Of a stretch of 64,000 nt of DNA, positions 58,289 to 64,000 are shown piece after piece (position 1 is the first letter of the stretch; every line of letters begins with the position of its first letter). The position numbers and the translations under genes were made by a program. The notes below the pieces were generated by a model. That model did not search any database. It saw nothing but the letters and a program-made list of their open reading frames with translations, and was not told the DNA's origin. The DNA comes from the human T2T-CHM13v2.0 reference genome, Homo sapiens, in assembly GCF_009914755.1 (NCBI RefSeq), contig NC_060926.1. One strand, written 5' to 3'.

Positions 58289-60104
58289 TTGGCAGGGGTG
58301 GGGATAGATAGAGGAATTCACAGCCTCTTTCTAACACCCCTGAGACTAGATACCCCAAGAGATTTGCTGCTTTTGTAGGAATTGTGATCAAGACAGTTTG
58401 AAATTGCTTATAAAGGCCAGAATCTTCAGACATTGCCGGTGAGTACAATGCCAGCAGCCATTTCAGAAACTACTATTCTCAGAAGAACCTGCCAGGTCCA
58501 ACATAAGATTTGTGTGGATTCAAGTTGGAGACTGGGGTCTCTGGGCATGCACTGGGGTGGTGGGGGACTGGCTCACTGTCTATATGGTTGGTAAGGTAGA
58601 CTGGACCATTACTCATTATCAGATGCCACCACCATTAGTAAATGTGAGCAAGAGAACACTGTTCTGTTTTTGAGTCCAGACTAGACAAGTAACTATGGCA
58701 CACCATTTACCAAGGGTCAATAGAATGGGAAGTAGATATTCAAAAATGCCTAAGTCAGCTTCACATGAGGGCAATTTGTAGAAATTAGTAAGGATTGGAT
58801 GCTGCTTCTCTGCTGAGCCTGCAGATTCCACCTATAGATGAACTTAATTGGATTGAGGCAACAAAGAAATAAAATTGATTGACCATCAAGGAACAGGATA
58901 AAATTTGAGCCTGAGGTGCTAGGACAAATAAGAGAAGGAAGAAGTTACTCAAGTATTCTCCAATTCATTGAAAATTGATGCTTAAACTGAGACCCCACTG
59001 GGTGGGTATAAATAGGACTCCCTCACAGCAGCCTCATGGGGACTAGAACCACCAATATGCTACCAGTGAGACATTAGCAGAATTATTGTGACTTATGACG
59101 GAATAACCTAGTGGCTAATTTTCCCTCCCCATAATTAAGGCAAAATCTTGGAGAGGGAGGTGTTAAATACTACAGCTTTGTGATTGTTTTCTAGGAATTC
59201 ACTCATTTCCCAGCTGGGCAAATAAAAAATAAATAAAATGGGCATGGGCACAGGTTTCATGTGTACTCCAGCCCATCGGTATTAACCTTATACATTCCAA
59301 GTCAGTTTTCCTCATTTCCTCTCATAAAAAGAAATGATTCTTTTTTGGTGCAATAGATAATAAAAAACATTTGCGGAGAGGGCTGGAGATAGAAGGCACA
59401 TTAGAGGGATTGTGGAGAAAGTTGTAGTGGGTTAGCTGAGGGTTAAGGGGTGGGTATAGGCTGAAACATTTTTAATTAGTTTTTCTGAGGATTATATAAT
59501 CACATTTACAGTTTTGGAAAAATATAATTTTGGGGGGTAATTTAAATTTTTACTTTGATTCAGGCATTCAAAAATATATTTGTTAGGCACTAGCTTGGAA
59601 TAGTAGGAGAGTAAAAGGCCAACCCACCACTGGTTCTCAAGGAACCCAACTTGCAGGTGCTTCGTGTATTGTGGTGTCCTGTGGGTTTGCTGACTGTCCA
59701 ACCTTATCAGTATTCTGTGATGGAACATATAGGTTCTGGGTTCATAGCAATTATGGTAGAAATGAAAACAGGAACAAAATTTGTCTTTGGTAGCGTCAAT
59801 CTCATTGTTCTACACAGGCCTCCTAGGTTCTAGGAGTATCTGTCATCAAACCCCTTCAGATTTACCCACCTTGTATTCTGCTGCCTTTTACTGATCTTAA
59901 AATCTGCACACTGTGCTATTGGAGGTGGTTTCATAACTTCTCAGGATTTCGAAGTGTTTTATTTGTAAAATAATGATACCAATCTCTGAACTGTAATTCA
60001 TTGTGTTGCTAAGAAAGATCAAATGAGATAACAAATGGGAAGATGTTTTGGAAAGTGTACAGGGTTGTACAAATTGAATAGAAACAGAATGGTTTACAAC
60101 TCTG

Positions 60105-60260
60105 GTTGTAAACCCTGGATAGACCTTACAGTTTGGAGCACTTTCCAAAATGCCACTCCCTAGGCTCCTCCCCTAGAGATCCTGATCCAGTTGATCTGGG
60201 GTCCTAGAATTAGAATATTTTAGGAGCAATTCTGTTGTACAGGCAGTGTTGAGCATTCCG
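60105..60260. mobile_element. MER5A-like fragment, preceded by a MIR fragment (~59960-60075)
   Basis: 'ctcccctagagatcctgatccagttgatctgggg'; 'gtaaaataatgatacc...aaagatcaaatgagataa'. Confidence 0.5.
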
Positions 60261-61246
60261 TTTACCCCTTAGAGAGTTCATTACTTCCCCCATGACAGGT
60301 TTTATTTTTTATGTTTACATTTTAGGTTTCATAATGAAATATAAAGTAGGGACTCTATCTCCTTTTAAAGGAATTTTAGCCACCAGGAAAATGTTTGCTA
60401 AAGCATCTTCACTGGACTTTTGATACTTCCCATAGGTTTTGCCGTGTTCTCCCACCCAGGAGGGCAAACGTTGGAATGGTCACTGTGTTCATAACCAGAA
60501 AAGGAGTGGAGCACCCAGTCGAGCATGTGGCATGAACGGCTGATGCTGAGTATTTTAAACCTCAGCATTGTAAACAGAAGTTTAATCTGTTGACTGGGGA
60601 TTTCTTTATGACCCACATGCTTTGAGAATATTCTGGTGACTCACTTCCCTCCTCAAGTCCCCTTCTCCAAGTTGCCCACTCCCCAGCAAACACTGCTGGG
60701 TCGTTTCCTGCTTTCTTGTGTGCATGAAGATAAAATACTCAGAAAAATTGGGGAAGATTTTATAATTGCTGTCATGAGCAGCTGCATGTTGAAAAAAGGT
60801 GAACTAACTTCAGCTTCTTTTTTTTCTGTCAGAATGTATTTAGTGTGAATTACTCATGTGCGATACAATATTTGATAAGCTTATATATAGCCAGCCACAT
60901 ATAGATGAAAATTTAGAATTCAGTTTTTAATCATATGACAACTAGCATCGAATTTCCAGTTATTTTTGCTAAACATCTGTCCAATTTATTTACTAGAGTA
61001 CATTCATATTTACAGTTTCCTTTCATAAAAACAATTCTAAAATGATTAGCTATATGCTTGTTTACCCAATGCTAAAGGCAAGTCTGAAAATTTGCAACTG
61101 CATTTAAAGCCATCATTCTAATCACTGCCAGGCATTCCTATACCCTATATGCGATTTTTGTGCTATTTAAAACATAATATTATAATAATTCTTTTGAAAA
61201 ATAGAAATAGGGACCATTAAGCATAGGAGATCGTGCTTTATTCTCT

Positions 61247-61534
61247 CTCTCCCTTTTTGTTTTTTCTTTCTAAGATGGAGTCTCGCTCTGTTGCCCAGGC
61301 TAGAGCGCAGTGGCGTGATCTCTGCTTCCTGGTTCAAGGGATTCTCCTGCCTCAGCCTCCCAGGTAGCTGGGATTACAGGCACACACCACCGTGCTCAGC
61401 TAATTTTTTCCTTTTGGTAGAATTGGGGTTTCACCATGTTGGCCAGGCTGGTCTTGAACGCCTGGCCTAAAGCAATCCACCCACCTTGGCCTCCCAAAGT
61501 GCTGAAATTACAGGCATGAGCCAACGCACCCAGC
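61247..61534 (-). mobile_element. Alu (older S/J type) with small internal deletion
   Basis: Dimeric Alu; decayed TSD tcgtgctttattctct (61231-61246) / tcatgcttttttcgct (61535-61550). Confidence 0.9.
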
Positions 61535-63799
61535 TCATGCTTTTTTCGCTTAGAAAGTCATAGAAAGGTACTTTTTTTCTATATATCCATGACATTGATT
61601 GTATGCTGGAGAACTTTCGTTTTTCAGCATTCATGTATGTCTTGATTTAAGACAATCTGAAACATAAAGCATCAATTAATCTAATAAACCTGGAACAAGT
61701 ATTTGCATTATGAAAATGGTTCATCACAGAGGTCTTTAAAGGTTAGCTCTGAAATTGTTAAGCCGATACATTGCCATTGGCATGGTAAATTGAATCTAGT
61801 GATTCATTTGTGGGAAATTATCTTAAATTTTTTTGAAAAAAGCATTACAATTATGCACACAGATTTGCTCATCATCATGTTACGTAGGCTTTGAAAAAAA
61901 TAGAAATGGCCTAAATACCTAACAATTGCGCAATAGTAAATAAATGGCATTAAATTTACTGGATGAACAATTACAAAGTTTTAAAGATGAATATTTAAAA
62001 ATATTATAAATTTTACACTTTAAAATAAGATTCTAAATTTCATGTTATGTGTATTTAGTCACAATAAAATAATCTTATAAAATATGGAAGTAATATTTAT
62101 TAGCATATATTGCAGTGTAAATTGTGGCTATGCTACAATTTATATAGAAATTATAGGATATATGTACACAGATGGAAAATGACAAAAGTAATTAAAAAAT
62201 CAAAATTGTATTATTTAAAGTGGTGAGATCATAGATTTTTTTTCTAATTAGTATTTTTAACATTACTTTACATCAGAACAAGCTTTACCACTTTGAAAAT
62301 GTAATTAAAGATACTGGCTGTCTATATAAAAGATCAGGGACCTATCTCAAATTGTTATCCTTATTAGTCCTATCATCTATTCAGATGTATAAATAACTCA
62401 GTACATTACATTTATTTTCATAGTGCATATTTCATGCAAGATGGTGCTGCACATAAGCAGATTTACAGATATGAACAAGAAAAAACACTAGATATATTAG
62501 TGTTTGTGTGGGTGAGAGACAGAGGTAGTTATTCAATATCCCACTTGAAAAACAAGACAAAAATATTCAGAAAAAAATGCTGCTGATGAAACTGATGAAA
62601 ACCTGGGGGCTATTTTTATTTTCTATGGACAGTAATACCTCTTTATAACAGTGCTGAGTACTGACAAGTTCTTAATAAAACCTAGACTTATCTTTTAAGC
62701 ACTCAAACTAAAAAGCAAATAAACATTAAAAATATTTTGAAGGGAATCTTTCTGAAATGTATTACACACTTTCCTACTTTTCTAAATGGTTTCCAAAGAA
62801 TTTAACCTGACCTTGTCCATTTGACTTAATTTATGGCCCTGCATTGCTAAGCTGGTAGCATGCTTCAGTTTGTGTGATTCTTCTATCTCTTCCTTTGCTA
62901 TAAAATCACTTATTTAACAAATGACACAAGTCTGTATCGACAGAACCACCTTCTACTTCCATTTGAATTTCCTATGTTCAATTTTCTCAGATCAGGGAAA
63001 CACTATAACAAGCTTCCTTGAGCTTTGTATATTATGTGATTAATAATGTAAGTCATATGGCTCCTCTGGGGAGTAAAGGGCTTGAGGTTTTTGGAAAGGT
63101 CTTTTGATAGCCTAGAGTTCTTGTTCTAAATTCTGAATGTACAACTGTATTCTGAAAGATCAAGCTTGCAGATGCCTGGCTCTCAGATAAGTGTTGAGTC
63201 ACAGAACTAATGTTATGTTAGAAGCAGAGGGGAACGCCGATGAACAAATTATGTTTTGTTAATGTATGATATTTTTGCTCTTTATATTATGACAGAGGAT
63301 TAAAGAATCATGAGTAGAATGGAATAGAAGAAATAATCCAAAAAGAACACCAGGAATTGGAATATGTTTAAAGAGGCAGAAAATGGTACATAGAATAATG
63401 ACATACAGGAGAGAAAGAGAAAAAAAATTTTTTTTAGATTAGATCTTTTATTATTTAATATGTTTGAGGCTTTGTCCATAGCAGTTGAAATGTGGGTTTT
63501 TCTGAATGTTCAGCAATCCAACTGAAGGAAAGAATTAGGAGATTACATAGGTTCCAAAAAATGAGAGGCAGAGTCTAGAAAATGATATCATCTCTAAATA
63601 AAACTGACACTTAAAATTTTGGTATTCTGAAGCTATTATCAGAGATAACATGGAAAACATGTACAAACTCAAAATATAACAACCTCACTCCCTCTGGCAA
63701 AAATAAACCCCAAAACCAAAACCTCTTCTGCTTCTAAGACTCTGAGTAGGAAGTTGAACTAAGAGGCACACAAGTGTACCCTTTAGTGAAGAGACATGA

Positions 63800-63952
63800 G
63801 ACAGCATTGATGTAAGAGTTAAGAGATCTGGGTTCCCAGAATTACCTTTCTATAACATGTACAAGTCCTGTCCCCTTCTCTAGACCTTTGTAAAATATCA
63901 TTCGTAAAATGAAGAATTGGAATAGAACATTGCTATGCTCCTTTTAGAGCTC
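63800..63952. mobile_element. MIR/MIR3 fragment
   Basis: 'aagagatctgggttccc...tcattcgtaaaatgaagaattgga...tccttttagagctc'. Confidence 0.55.
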
Positions 63953-64000
63953 AAATAGAAAGTCATCATCTTTCACCACTTCTCCCTAACTTTGGAAGAA

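Overview
Primate, almost certainly hominoid, genomic DNA: an L1PA3 and AluY-type elements are present. The first ~43 kb is a dense nest of transposable elements. It contains five L1PA-type copies (one full-length L1PA3 with a 17-bp TSD), an older L1M1/L1MA copy, THE1/MST/MLT MaLR elements, MER4-group ERV and LTR1/LTR8 pieces, Tigger/MER DNA transposons and Alus. The last ~21 kb is AT-rich, mostly unique DNA with ancient repeats. I can support no intact host protein-coding gene, RNA gene or new enzymatic system; every recognisable ORF is a broken transposon remnant. The most interesting signals are structural. (1) A ~450-bp tract of shared non-consensus, partly inactivating variants between two L1s of different subfamilies 14 kb apart suggests ectopic gene conversion. 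(2) An ERV fragment ends at its LTR poly(A) site in an A-rich tail inserted into an older L1, suggesting a retroposed ERV RNA or L1 3' transduction. (3) A THE1 element is duplicated or chimeric. (4) An in-frame micro-inversion lies in an L1PA7. (5) The L1 antisense promoter points at an ERV-derived candidate exon. Subfamily names come from recalled consensus features, not from a RepeatMasker run.
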